Virus record (IMG/VR): IMGVR_UViG_3300030328_002416 | Location: 1-25,738 of that record | Length of the DNA stretch: 25,738 nt | Source: a virus | Lineage: Duplodnaviria; Caudoviricetes | Direction: 5' to 3' (one strand) | Shown: positions 18,688 to 25,738 of the stretch, in pieces | Layout of the letters: each line of letters begins with the position of its first letter | Position numbering within the stretch: position 1 is the first letter of the stretch | Notes under the pieces: generated by a model | The model's database searches: none | Told to the model about the DNA's origin: nothing | What the model saw: the letters and a program-made list of their open reading frames with translations, nothing else | Program-made: the position numbers and the translations under genes

Positions 18688-18849
18688 ACCTATTTTGATT
18701 GAATACAGGGATATGTCAGTTAAACATACCTGGAGAGCGTAATCCTGGTTAAAATCTGGTCAAATCAGGAGATGCTGGTGCCTGGTCAGCGCCTGGTTAG
18801 CTGCATCCGCGCTGCATCTGCGTAATCCTGGAGGAAATAGAGAGAGAAA
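18589..18849. repeat. CCWGG cluster 1 in a GC-rich island, with GCGTAATCCTGG x2, ending in AATAGAGAGAGAAA
   Basis: CCWGG at 18589, 18602, 18729, 18744, 18781, 18792, 18827; 12-bp repeat at 18737 and 18820. Confidence 0.85.
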
Positions 18850-18853
18850 GCAC

Positions 18854-18904
18854 AAAAAAAGGTGAGGAAGGGAAAGAAATCATCAAACTAACCCTTCAAC
18901 ACCT
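18854..18904 (-). terminator. Intrinsic terminator of the small leftward operon
   Basis: AGGTG-tt-GAAGGG...CCCTTC-ct-CACC followed by a T7 run on the minus strand, just downstream of the stop at 18932. Confidence 0.65.
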
Positions 18905-18931
18905 CGTGTCCGTACTGTATAAGAGGGAATC

Positions 18932-19081
18932 TTATGCGTTAGACATCTTAGTTAAATTTACTATTCGTGTAGGAATCACTACATTGTAATTACAATAATC
19001 ACAAGCGTGACCGAGAGCGACAGGTTGAGCATTATGTTTGTCATCAACCTCACGCATTCTCTTTCCACAGATACTGCACAT
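18932..19081 (-). CDS. 49-aa Cys4 Zn-binding phage protein
   Basis: TAATG-coupled; MCSICGKRMREVDDKHNAQPVALGHACDYCNYNVVIPTRIVNLTKMSNA resembles the phage CxIC..N..PV...CD.CN...VIP.R family. Confidence 0.75.
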   Translation of the reverse strand: MCSICGKRMREVDDKHNAQPVALGHACDYCNYNVVIPTRIVNLTKMSNA

Positions 19082-19287
19082 TAGCTACCTTTCTTTAACG
19101 ATTTTCTTGAACAGGCAAAGCAAACACCTAATCGTGCTTGACCCATTGCTATTTTGTCTTCTCTTACCCAATGATTACCCAATGGTGCAAATTCCTCACA
19201 CCACCAATGTCTATTACAGTCACAATCATTAGGAGAGCCATTTTCAGAACTACAATCTTGTAATTCCATTTTTATTCCAATAGCCAT
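19081..19287 (-). CDS. 68-aa Cys-rich hypothetical protein
   Basis: GAAAGGT RBS, upstream promoter, CxC..H..C...CxxC. Confidence 0.7.
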   Translation of the reverse strand: MAIGIKMELQDCSSENGSPNDCDCNRHWWCEEFAPLGNHWVREDKIAMGQARLGVCFACSRKSLKKGS

Positions 19288-19313
19288 TATTTACCTTTCA
19301 TAACTTACTATTA

Positions 19314-19342
19314 AGAATACTAGATACAAAATATAATGTAAA
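19314..19342 (-). promoter_or_regulatory. Sigma70-type promoter for the 19287 operon
   Basis: TTTACA-17 nt-TATTCT on the minus strand. Confidence 0.6.
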
Positions 19343-19384
19343 CAACTGTTGCATAAATTCCAGGAGTAGTATAGTTAGAAACAT

Positions 19385-19520
19385 ACTAATAAATACAAGT
19401 TACTTTTCTGTTTGAATAGGAGCAACAAGTATTTAGAAGTTAGAGATAGACTAGTAATTAGGAGCATTCAACACAGCCCTGTTTAGAATGTGACCGAAAG
19501 CTAGTCTTTCTTGTCTATAA
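19385..19520 (+). ncRNA. Candidate structured RNA or leader upstream of the early cluster
   Basis: TAAATAC/GTATTTA long hairpin, then AGACTAG/CTAGTCT enclosing CATTC/GAATG and AACA/TGTT. Confidence 0.4.
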
Positions 19521-19613
19521 TCCCCCAAGAATCCCCCAAATCAACCAGGAAGCTGCAGGACCTGGTGGACCTGGCGAACCAGGCCACAAAAACACACGCA
19601 ATAGAGAGAGAAA
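19519..19613. repeat. AATCCCCCAA x2, CCWGG cluster 2 and second AATAGAGAGAGAAA
   Basis: 10-mer at 19519 and 19530; CCWGG at 19545, 19561, 19570, 19579; 14-mer at 19600-19613 identical to 18836-18849. Confidence 0.85.
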
Positions 19614-19677
19614 CAGAAAGAAAACTTCCTATAAATATATAGATATGTTAATATAGATTGTCAAAAAGAAAGGAAAT

Positions 19678-20454
19678 ATGACCAATAAAATACATGACTT
19701 ACCAAATGGTGATGATTGGTTTATTGATGGAAATAGCTCAACCCAGGATGAAACGTGGTATGGAAATACTATTCAGACTAAGTTGAACAAGAAACACATT
19801 AATAAACGAGCAGAAATCACATTCATTGGTGATAGTGTTATTGATTGTAAATCCTACACTAGAACAGGCAAAGGAACTGTGGAATACTTCGCAGAAGCCT
19901 ACGCCAACGAAACATACATGAGTATGATAAACGACCAAAGCAGAGATGGTGACACAATATTTGATTGTATTGATAAAGCAAATCAAATAAACGCCGACTC
20001 TAAATTAGTTGTAGTTAGTGCAGGAGGAAACGACCTATTGAAACTTATTTCAATGGTGAGTGAAATTGATGACACAAACTTGTTAAATGGTTTATTACTC
20101 AGTGAGTTAGATAAATTGTCAATGGCATACGAAACTATGTTGCAACAATTTAAACCACAAGCTACTTATTTGATGATGACAGTGTACGAGGGAAACTTCG
20201 CATACAATCCACAACGATTTTACGGAATGGACTACACAGCTAGAGCCATTGTAAGTATGTGGAATGACAGAATATCAAGAATAGCTAGGGATAAAAACTC
20301 ACGTAATAACAAATCATCTTATGATGTATTAGATGTTAGGGATGTAATGTCACCAAACTGTTATTACAACGAGATTGAACCAAACGAGATTGGAGCAAAA
20401 CGAATTGCTAAAGCAATCAAAAGATACGTAAATGAAACAGGAGTACTCTTATAA
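19678..20454 (+). CDS. SGNH/GDSL hydrolase family protein
   Basis: Block I IGDSVID, block II SRDG, block III SAGGNDL, block V variant NEIEPNEIG; GAAAGGA RBS. Confidence 0.8.
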   Translation: MTNKIHDLPNGDDWFIDGNSSTQDETWYGNTIQTKLNKKHINKRAEITFIGDSVIDCKSYTRTGKGTVEYFAEAYANETYMSMINDQSRDGDTIFDCIDKANQINADSKLVVVSAGGNDLLKLISMVSEIDDTNLLNGLLLSELDKLSMAYETMLQQFKPQATYLMMTVYEGNFAYNPQRFYGMDYTARAIVSMWNDRISRIARDKNSRNNKSSYDVLDVRDVMSPNCYYNEIEPNEIGAKRIAKAIKRYVNETGVLL

Positions 20455-20612
20455 TGGGTATTCCTGGATTCAGATTAAGTTGGAATGGATTTGATTGGAC
20501 AAAGATTGAAGTTCACAATTTTGAACTTCCAACTTGTGCTTTATGCTTACAATCTAAAGAAATACAATTAGGAAGCATTTACTGTTGTAAGTGCGAGGAG
20601 GATATGAAATGA
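20454..20612 (+). CDS. 52-aa Cys4 Zn-finger micro-protein
   Basis: TAATG and ATGA coupling at both ends; MGIPGFRLSWNG...CALC...CCKCEEDMK. Confidence 0.7.
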   Translation: MGIPGFRLSWNGFDWTKIEVHNFELPTCALCLQSKEIQLGSIYCCKCEEDMK

Positions 20613-20842
20613 AAGAGCCTTTAATTAGCGGAGTTTTATTTGAGGAAAGAGAAAGAGTTAGAGCAAAACTTCATGCGAAAGCAACAGAATTAGGCTGCGA
20701 TATGCAATTAGCAGATTCTGTATTAGGAATCGGAAAACAAATAGACATCTTAATAGGTAACATTATGTTAGTTATGGGAGAAGACGATGGAACTAATTAT
20801 GTGCAAAGCATAATTGATGAAGTAAAGGAAAATCTAAAGTGA
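20609..20842 (+). CDS. Hypothetical protein (77 aa)
   Basis: GAGGAGG RBS supports ATG 20609 rather than GTG 20591. Confidence 0.7.
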   Translation: MKEPLISGVLFEERERVRAKLHAKATELGCDMQLADSVLGIGKQIDILIGNIMLVMGEDDGTNYVQSIIDEVKENLK

Positions 20843-20958
20843 GTGCCGAATTACAAACATTAAGTATTGCATTGACAACTTTTGTTATATTATGGCTACT
20901 TCATAGCACTACTAATATTGCTGTATGGGTAGGATTAAAGAAAGAAAAGAATAAATAA
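20839..20958 (+). CDS. 39-aa single-TM membrane micro-protein
   Basis: GTGA and TAATG overlaps; MSAELQTLSIALTTFVILWLLHSTTNIAVWVGLKKEKNK. Confidence 0.65.
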   Translation: MSAELQTLSIALTTFVILWLLHSTTNIAVWVGLKKEKNK

Positions 20959-21242
20959 TGGAATTATTTGAGTTTTTCCAGGACAAACCTATTCCAAAAT
21001 TAAGAAGTCAGAAAGCAAAAGTGTTATGGATGTTAGAGGTTGCAAGACTATCTCATAACAAAGACATACACGCAATGACTTTTATATATGAATATGGAAT
21101 ACCAAGAATAAGTGGAGCAATCCACCAATTAAGAGAAGATGGACATGAGATATTATCACATGATTTACCGAACAACTCATGTGCATATGAACTTATATCA
21201 ACAGTAGAAGAGAGAGAAAGTATGAGGGATTTAGTTGAATGA
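20958..21242 (+). CDS. Winged helix-turn-helix DNA-binding protein
   Basis: YEYGIPRISGAIHQLREDGHEI resembles the phage yGi.RLaarI..LR..G..I wHTH family. Confidence 0.7.
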   Translation: MELFEFFQDKPIPKLRSQKAKVLWMLEVARLSHNKDIHAMTFIYEYGIPRISGAIHQLREDGHEILSHDLPNNSCAYELISTVEERESMRDLVE

Positions 21243-21483
21243 TTTAGTTAGTGGTGCTGATGTGCATAAACATCTTTTTGGAGAGGATGAGCTAAAAGCA
21301 ACACAAATTACAGACCATTTAGAACAAGCTAAAGAGCAGAAGCTAATAATGATTAAAGCAAGAAAAGAACATATGTTGGAACTACGAGAAAGAGGTGTAA
21401 AAGTTACTGTCATAGCAAAAATATATAATGTAACAAGACAGCGTGTTTATAAAATATTGGAGGGCAAACATGCCGTGGACTAA
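21235..21483 (+). CDS. HTH DNA-binding protein (sigma70 region 4-like C-terminus)
   Basis: GVKVTVIAKIYNVTRQRVYKIL; TTG start after GAGGG. Confidence 0.75.
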   Translation: MNDLVSGADVHKHLFGEDELKATQITDHLEQAKEQKLIMIKARKEHMLELRERGVKVTVIAKIYNVTRQRVYKILEGKHAVD

Positions 21484-21655
21484 AATAAGTAAGACACCTA
21501 AAAAGTTTCGTTTTGATTTATTTGGAACGATTTATAAATTAGAAATTCGTAGGTCAAAAGAATACTACGAGCCGATACTTGACTTGGATGGAAATCCGAT
21601 GTCAACAGAAGAAGACTTCTTCAAAGGAAGAGTTAAACAAAGAAAGGATATGTAA
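21470..21655 (+). CDS. Hypothetical protein (61 aa)
   Basis: GGAGG RBS supports ATG 21470 (MPWTK...). Confidence 0.65.
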   Translation: MPWTKISKTPKKFRFDLFGTIYKLEIRRSKEYYEPILDLDGNPMSTEEDFFKGRVKQRKDM

Positions 21656-22576
21656 ATGGGATGGCAAGACGAGTACGAAAATGTAGAGGATAGGTTAGTT
21701 AAGTTTTGGGCAGATTATCCAAATGGAAGAATTGAAACAGAGCCAACTTATACTTCAGATGACGCAAAAGTTATTATTATTAGAGCTTTAGTTTATAAAG
21801 ATATAGATGATGTAAATCCTGTAGCTACAGGTATAGCAGAAGAAACCAAAGGAGAGGGTAATGCTTATGTAAATAACACCTCTTGGGTTGAAAACTGTGA
21901 AACATCTGCTATCGGTAGAGCTTTAGCTAATTGGATGTATCAAGGTAGTGGTAAGAAGCGACCATCTATGCAGGAAATGGCTAAGACTCAGAAATTTAAA
22001 GATGATAAAGTCAAAGTAGAAAAAGTTGATATGCGTAAAAAGGAGAATAAGCCTAGTGAAGAAGAAAAAGCAAAGATGCAAAAGATAGCTGATGAAATGG
22101 TATCAGAGCCTAAGACAGCTACAGGGAAAGACAGGAAAAATGCAGAGCAAATGAATCATGTTATGAAGGAAGTCTGTAGTGATGATAAGCAACGCAAGGA
22201 AATCCAGGCAACTGTTTATTCAAGACTTGTTGATGAAGATGGATTCATGGAAGACGTAGAGAAATGGTCTAGTGATATGATGACTCAATTTCTTGATGAA
22301 TTTGAGCAGATGTATCAAGGAACAACAGGTAATATAGATAATGTAGATAAAGTATTTGAAACAGAGGTAATAGAGCAAGGAGGTGATGAGATGAGTGATG
22401 AGTGGAAACAAAATCCAGCTACAGAAAAGCAAATGAAGTGGGTTAATGACATTGTAACAAAGGCAACAGACCAAAAGAAAGACTTTCTTGATGAACTTAA
22501 AGCACTTTATGGTGATGGGAACATTAATGGTGAAGTTGCTTCACAAATCATAGACAACTATTCTAGTAGGGTCTAA
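21656..22576 (+). CDS. Rad52/Sak-like single-strand annealing protein
   Basis: YENVEDRL..FW...PNGRIET...ATGIAEE...VN.TS.VENCETSAIGRALA N-domain; charged linker; C-terminal PATEKQ motif. Confidence 0.75.
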   Translation: MGWQDEYENVEDRLVKFWADYPNGRIETEPTYTSDDAKVIIIRALVYKDIDDVNPVATGIAEETKGEGNAYVNNTSWVENCETSAIGRALANWMYQGSGKKRPSMQEMAKTQKFKDDKVKVEKVDMRKKENKPSEEEKAKMQKIADEMVSEPKTATGKDRKNAEQMNHVMKEVCSDDKQRKEIQATVYSRLVDEDGFMEDVEKWSSDMMTQFLDEFEQMYQGTTGNIDNVDKVFETEVIEQGGDEMSDEWKQNPATEKQMKWVNDIVTKATDQKKDFLDELKALYGDGNINGEVASQIIDNYSSRV

Positions 22577-22578
22577 TA

Positions 22579-22863
22579 GTGGAACACATTTCATCTAACT
22601 TAGAAAAAGTTGTTAATAAACTACAGGAACGTTATCCAAACCATGATTTTACTGAAAAAAGTAAACCAAGGAGGAAGCATTTCTGTAGTTTAAAAAATGA
22701 TAATCCTAAAGAGTGGGCAACAGATATGGATGGCAATGACTTCTGTATAAAACAATATAAAGAAGTTACAGAGGAAAATTGGACTATCTATAAAATTAAA
22801 ACATGCGAAGCGATTATCAGAACTAAAGAACAAAAGGAACTTATGAAGAAAGGAGCTTTCTAA
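22579..22863 (+). CDS. Hypothetical protein (94 aa)
   Basis: Co-oriented, tightly packed ORF. Confidence 0.7.
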   Translation: MEHISSNLEKVVNKLQERYPNHDFTEKSKPRRKHFCSLKNDNPKEWATDMDGNDFCIKQYKEVTEENWTIYKIKTCEAIIRTKEQKELMKKGAF

Positions 22864-23087
22864 TGCCTGGAGGCAAAGAAAATATATTTAAAGAGCCAAG
22901 ACTATTAAAGAGATGGGCTATTGATTTAGCTAATGCTTGTGGTGGACAAGAAGTAACACAAACAAGTATCAAACTTAACAAGCACAATGTTCCAAAAGTT
23001 GATAAATTATTAGAACAATTTGCAGTAGATTATAATTTTCACATGCAAATGATGAATGATTTGAGAGAAAAACAAGAGGAAGAATGA
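22863..23087 (+). CDS. Hypothetical protein (74 aa)
   Basis: AAGGAG RBS, TAATG coupling. Confidence 0.7.
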   Translation: MPGGKENIFKEPRLLKRWAIDLANACGGQEVTQTSIKLNKHNVPKVDKLLEQFAVDYNFHMQMMNDLREKQEEE

Positions 23088-23152
23088 TAGAATTAGTACA
23101 GTACCTTATACTTATAATGTTAGGTGTCTTAATAGGCACTAATATCAAATGA
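23084..23152 (+). CDS. 22-aa hydrophobic micro-peptide
   Basis: GAGGA RBS, ATGA overlaps at both ends; MIELVQYLILIMLGVLIGTNIK. Confidence 0.55.
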   Translation: MIELVQYLILIMLGVLIGTNIK

Positions 23153-23253
23153 CTATTCAAGATGACATAATAACTTGCAGAAATTGTGAGCAAACAGACG
23201 TTTTAGATGGTAAAACAGGACTTTGTTACCAATGCAACAGGTTTGATATTTAA
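23149..23253 (+). CDS. 34-aa Cys4 Zn-finger micro-protein
   Basis: MTIQDDIITCRNCEQTDVLDGKTGLCYQCNRFDI; ATGA coupling. Confidence 0.6.
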   Translation: MTIQDDIITCRNCEQTDVLDGKTGLCYQCNRFDI

Positions 23254-23254
23254 A

Positions 23255-24433
23255 TCATAATATACAGAGGTTATCCCAACCTTTTTTGTTAATTGTAAAC
23301 GTTAATACTCCTGGATGACTCCACATTCCTGTTCTTGCTGTAAAATCTATTGATTTATCTAAAGAAGGTGACTGAAACCAGGTCCTATCGCCTTGTTGTT
23401 TAGAACGAAAGTGATGATAATGCCCGGTTACAAGAATTTTGGCCTCTGCCGCGGGAAGAAAACCATACATTTGCCCTTTCCACCAATTTTCTATCTTATT
23501 TTCTGCATTGCCACTGCCAGAACTCATATGTCCGTGAGTCCAGGCACAAGTTATTGATTTAACCTCTATAACTTGATGATAATCATTAGGAACTACAACC
23601 TTAACTCCTTTATATCTCTCTTTATTTGCAGCCATTATCTCTTCACATATTTGTAGGTGCATAATGTCACTATTATCAAGACGGTCTGTAAAAACTGCAC
23701 CTTTTCCTGCCCTTGTCATCTCACCATGGTTACCTGGAACTCCACAAAGTACTATCTTGTCTGCAAGAGGAAGGAAAGTATCTATTGTTTTCATTATCAT
23801 TGAACGTGCAAGAGCATATTGTTCTATAAGTGATAGCTCTACATTGAAAGGCTGAGATGCGTAGAAGCTAGATGTACAGTTTTCTGTAATATCACCAAGT
23901 CCAACAAGATAGATTTCATCTATAGCTACATTCAACCTACGTAAATCTTTAATTCTATTAACTGCGTCCTGTAATGCTTGGTCATACCTTGCGATTGTGT
24001 TCTCAACTCCAAAATCTCGCTTCCCTAACTGCCAATCAGCCATAAAAAACATAAAAGCAGTGTCACCACCGCTATATTTCTTTGTTATAGGAGGCTTTTT
24101 AGAGGCTTTTTTGAATAATTCTTGAAAATACTTGTCATGTCCTGGGTCTTTTTTGCGTACAATCCCTTTAAATGCATAAAAAGTAGTAGTTTCTCCACCT
24201 TTTAGTTGTGTATTCCACGCAGAAGCACGTACTGAGCCTTCAATTTCGTATAATTTTGGGTCGAATCCCCATTGTAAGAGTATGTCATCAAACTTTTCCC
24301 TATAATTAGGGTCTGTTCCGACGTGTGTTATTTCTCCTAAGCCACTTTGTTCATTGACTTCTAGTCCTGGTTTCCATCCTGATTTATAGAAATTATTTCC
24401 CCACTCTTCAGGTATAGGGTTTTTCTTTGTGAT
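23255..24433 (-). CDS. Calcineurin-like metallophosphoesterase (Mre11-like), ~392 aa with probable ATC start
   Basis: ADWQLG, LGD, PGNHG, HGH and GHYHH motifs; frame stays open 127 codons upstream of ATG 24052 to GGAG-5nt-ATC at 24433. Confidence 0.8.
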   Translation of the reverse strand: MTKKNPIPEEWGNNFYKSGWKPGLEVNEQSGLGEITHVGTDPNYREKFDDILLQWGFDPKLYEIEGSVRASAWNTQLKGGETTTFYAFKGIVRKKDPGHDKYFQELFKKASKKPPITKKYSGGDTAFMFFMADWQLGKRDFGVENTIARYDQALQDAVNRIKDLRRLNVAIDEIYLVGLGDITENCTSSFYASQPFNVELSLIEQYALARSMIMKTIDTFLPLADKIVLCGVPGNHGEMTRAGKGAVFTDRLDNSDIMHLQICEEIMAANKERYKGVKVVVPNDYHQVIEVKSITCAWTHGHMSSGSGNAENKIENWWKGQMYGFLPAAEAKILVTGHYHHFRSKQQGDRTWFQSPSLDKSIDFTARTGMWSHPGVLTFTINKKGWDNLCIL

Positions 24434-24485
24434 ACATTCTCCAATCCTGTTAATACAAGTATACAGTTATTGAGAGACTATATGT

Positions 24486-24767
24486 TTATTTAGAGATTTG
24501 CTTTTTAGCGTATGTCTTGATTACTGCTAATGCAGCACCACCACCAGCTAATGCAGCCAACTGAACTACTTCAGCGTCTACACCAACTAGAGGAGCGACA
24601 GTTAACGCACCAATGAAAGCCTCAATGAAGGTCCAAGCTGTTCGCTCAACCATATCTTTAAGTTCTTCACTCATTTTATAACTCCATGCTTCATTCCAAG
24701 GAGTCCACCACAAGTCTTTCTTAAACTTTCCCTCAGAGTCTCTTGCTCTTTTTAATTTTTCAAACAT
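24486..24767 (-). CDS. Holin (r1t/actinophage-like) with a possible second start at 24674
   Basis: ERTAWTFIEAFIGAL...AALAGGGAALAVIK, two hydrophobic segments, basic C-terminus, adjacent to endolysin. Confidence 0.75.
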   Translation of the reverse strand: MFEKLKRARDSEGKFKKDLWWTPWNEAWSYKMSEELKDMVERTAWTFIEAFIGALTVAPLVGVDAEVVQLAALAGGGAALAVIKTYAKKQISK

Positions 24768-25321
24768 TATATTATATTCTTACCATCAAGTTTAGCAGTT
24801 AGTATTTGGATTTCTCCACTAAGTTCACTTAACTTTTCATAAACATCAGATGGTTCTTGCTTATCTAACTGTACTTTGCTATATTCTATGGTCACTTTAT
24901 TGCCCATAAGTAGCTGTTTTGCCACCTTCGGATAGAGTTTTTTGTACGCATTTGCCGAACTTCCGACCATTCCGTTGAAAGATACGTCTAAATCCTGTTG
25001 TGTGTCTCCAATTATAAGACAACCAGAGGTATGCTCGTCCGTATTCCCTTGATGAATTAAGATATATTCAAATCCTGGAACATCTTTTATCCACAACATC
25101 CCACTGTGCATATCTGGATACTTCTTCTGATAGCGGTCACTAAATCCTCCTGCAGTTCTTAGTGTTATATCATAAGTTCCTTCAGGAATACATGTTTCAT
25201 GCATGACCTTAACTGCTTGATATTGGTCTTCGAGAGTGTAGCACTCAAAAAGTCCATCAACGAAAAGCATACCGTTTGTAGCATCTTTGCCAAATTGTGT
25301 CCTTACAACCTGTAATTTCAT
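24767..25321 (-). CDS. DUF5675 family protein (L,D-transpeptidase-like putative endolysin)
   Basis: T.G.L.VDG.F.CYTLED...ETCIPEGTY...DVPGFEYILIHQGNT..HTSGC; AGGAG RBS; next to holin. Confidence 0.85.
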   Translation of the reverse strand: MKLQVVRTQFGKDATNGMLFVDGLFECYTLEDQYQAVKVMHETCIPEGTYDITLRTAGGFSDRYQKKYPDMHSGMLWIKDVPGFEYILIHQGNTDEHTSGCLIIGDTQQDLDVSFNGMVGSSANAYKKLYPKVAKQLLMGNKVTIEYSKVQLDKQEPSDVYEKLSELSGEIQILTAKLDGKNII

Positions 25322-25330
25322 ATTTTTCTC

Positions 25331-25435
25331 CTACCTTTTAGGGTACTTGCAGTTACAAATTGTAACATGAGTACCTTTTTCGTTCTTATATGACACACAC
25401 TGACTATCTACTTGCTGATTTTTTGCCAACCTCAC
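25331..25435 (-). CDS. 34-aa Cys-containing micro-protein
   Basis: GTG after AAAGGT; MRLAKNQQVDSQCVSYKNEKGTHVTICNCKYPKR fills the gap before the endolysin RBS. Confidence 0.45.
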   Translation of the reverse strand: MRLAKNQQVDSQCVSYKNEKGTHVTICNCKYPKR

Positions 25436-25622
25436 TCTTACCTTTTCTAAATCCTATAGTTAATAACCATACAACTAAGGTAATTAACGTTGCGAGTCCA
25501 GTAATTTGCTGCGCACTTCCTGTCAAAGTTAAAGTGGCTATTACTAAACCAACTAATGTCCAGGAGAGATTTAAAGTTTCTTTAATTATTTCTATAAACC
25601 AATTCCATATTTTTTTAAACAT
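25404..25622 (-). CDS. Small two-TM membrane protein (second holin-like or lysis accessory)
   Basis: Two hydrophobic helices, basic C-terminus, TAATG coupling. Confidence 0.7.
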   Translation of the reverse strand: MFKKIWNWFIEIIKETLNLSWTLVGLVIATLTLTGSAQQITGLATLITLVVWLLTIGFRKGKSEVGKKSASR

Positions 25623-25738
25623 TATGACTTCCTTAATATAAATGCTGCCATACTAGCTATTCTAGTCAAAATTACAGGAACTACCACTTCTTGGGCTTTT
25701 TCTCTCTGGTCTTGTGTCATATCATCACCAATATTATC
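25622..25738 (-). CDS. C-terminal end of a gene truncated by the window edge
   Basis: DNIGDDMTQDQREKAQEVVVPVILTRIASMAAFILRKS-stop, coupled to the next ATG. Confidence 0.7.
   Translation of the reverse strand, partial: DNIGDDMTQDQREKAQEVVVPVILTRIASMAAFILRKS

Noticed and set aside
18481-19613. Possible CRISPR array among the short repeats
   Set aside because: Repeats are 5-16 bp with irregular spacing and no unique ~30-40 bp spacers; no cas genes
20872-20900. Perfect TTGACA -35 hexamer
   Set aside because: No acceptable -10 at 16-18 bp; lies inside a coding micro-ORF
19038-25641. ORFs 19038(+), 19738(-), 21231(-), 22220(-), 22975(-), 23664(+) and 25390(+)
   Set aside because: Each lies opposite a better supported, coupled gene

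Overview
AT-rich (roughly one-third GC by eye) segment of a tailed dsDNA phage, probably podovirus-like. The r1t-like holin, actinophage-type metallophosphoesterase and SLT/Rpf-like muralytic domain suggest a low-GC actinobacterial host (inference). Layout: (i) 1-18007, minus strand: C5-cytosine methyltransferase, two micro-ORFs, terminase large subunit with an N-terminal Zn-finger/HTH extension, portal, then large acidic probable ejection/internal virion proteins (2030, 515, 453 aa with a transglycosylase domain, and a truncated >900 aa ORF missing from the ORF track); (ii) 18008-19677, a structured control region with candidate ncRNAs, four NrdR-box-like sites, 13 CCWGG sites (11 of them in two clusters) and a small Cys-rich operon; (iii) 19678-23253, plus-strand early cluster (SGNH hydrolase, HTH proteins, Rad52/Sak-like annealase, micro-ORFs); (iv) 23255-25738, minus-strand lysis end (metallophosphoesterase with an apparent ATC start, holin, DUF5675 endolysin, membrane proteins). 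The standout feature is the methyltransferase locus: motif IX lies in a nested +1-frame ORF with its own strong RBS (M.EcoHK31I-like alpha/beta design), four repeated TRD-like modules are split between the two frames, and the gene sits next to a CCWGG-enriched control region. All calls are by eye; no searches were run.
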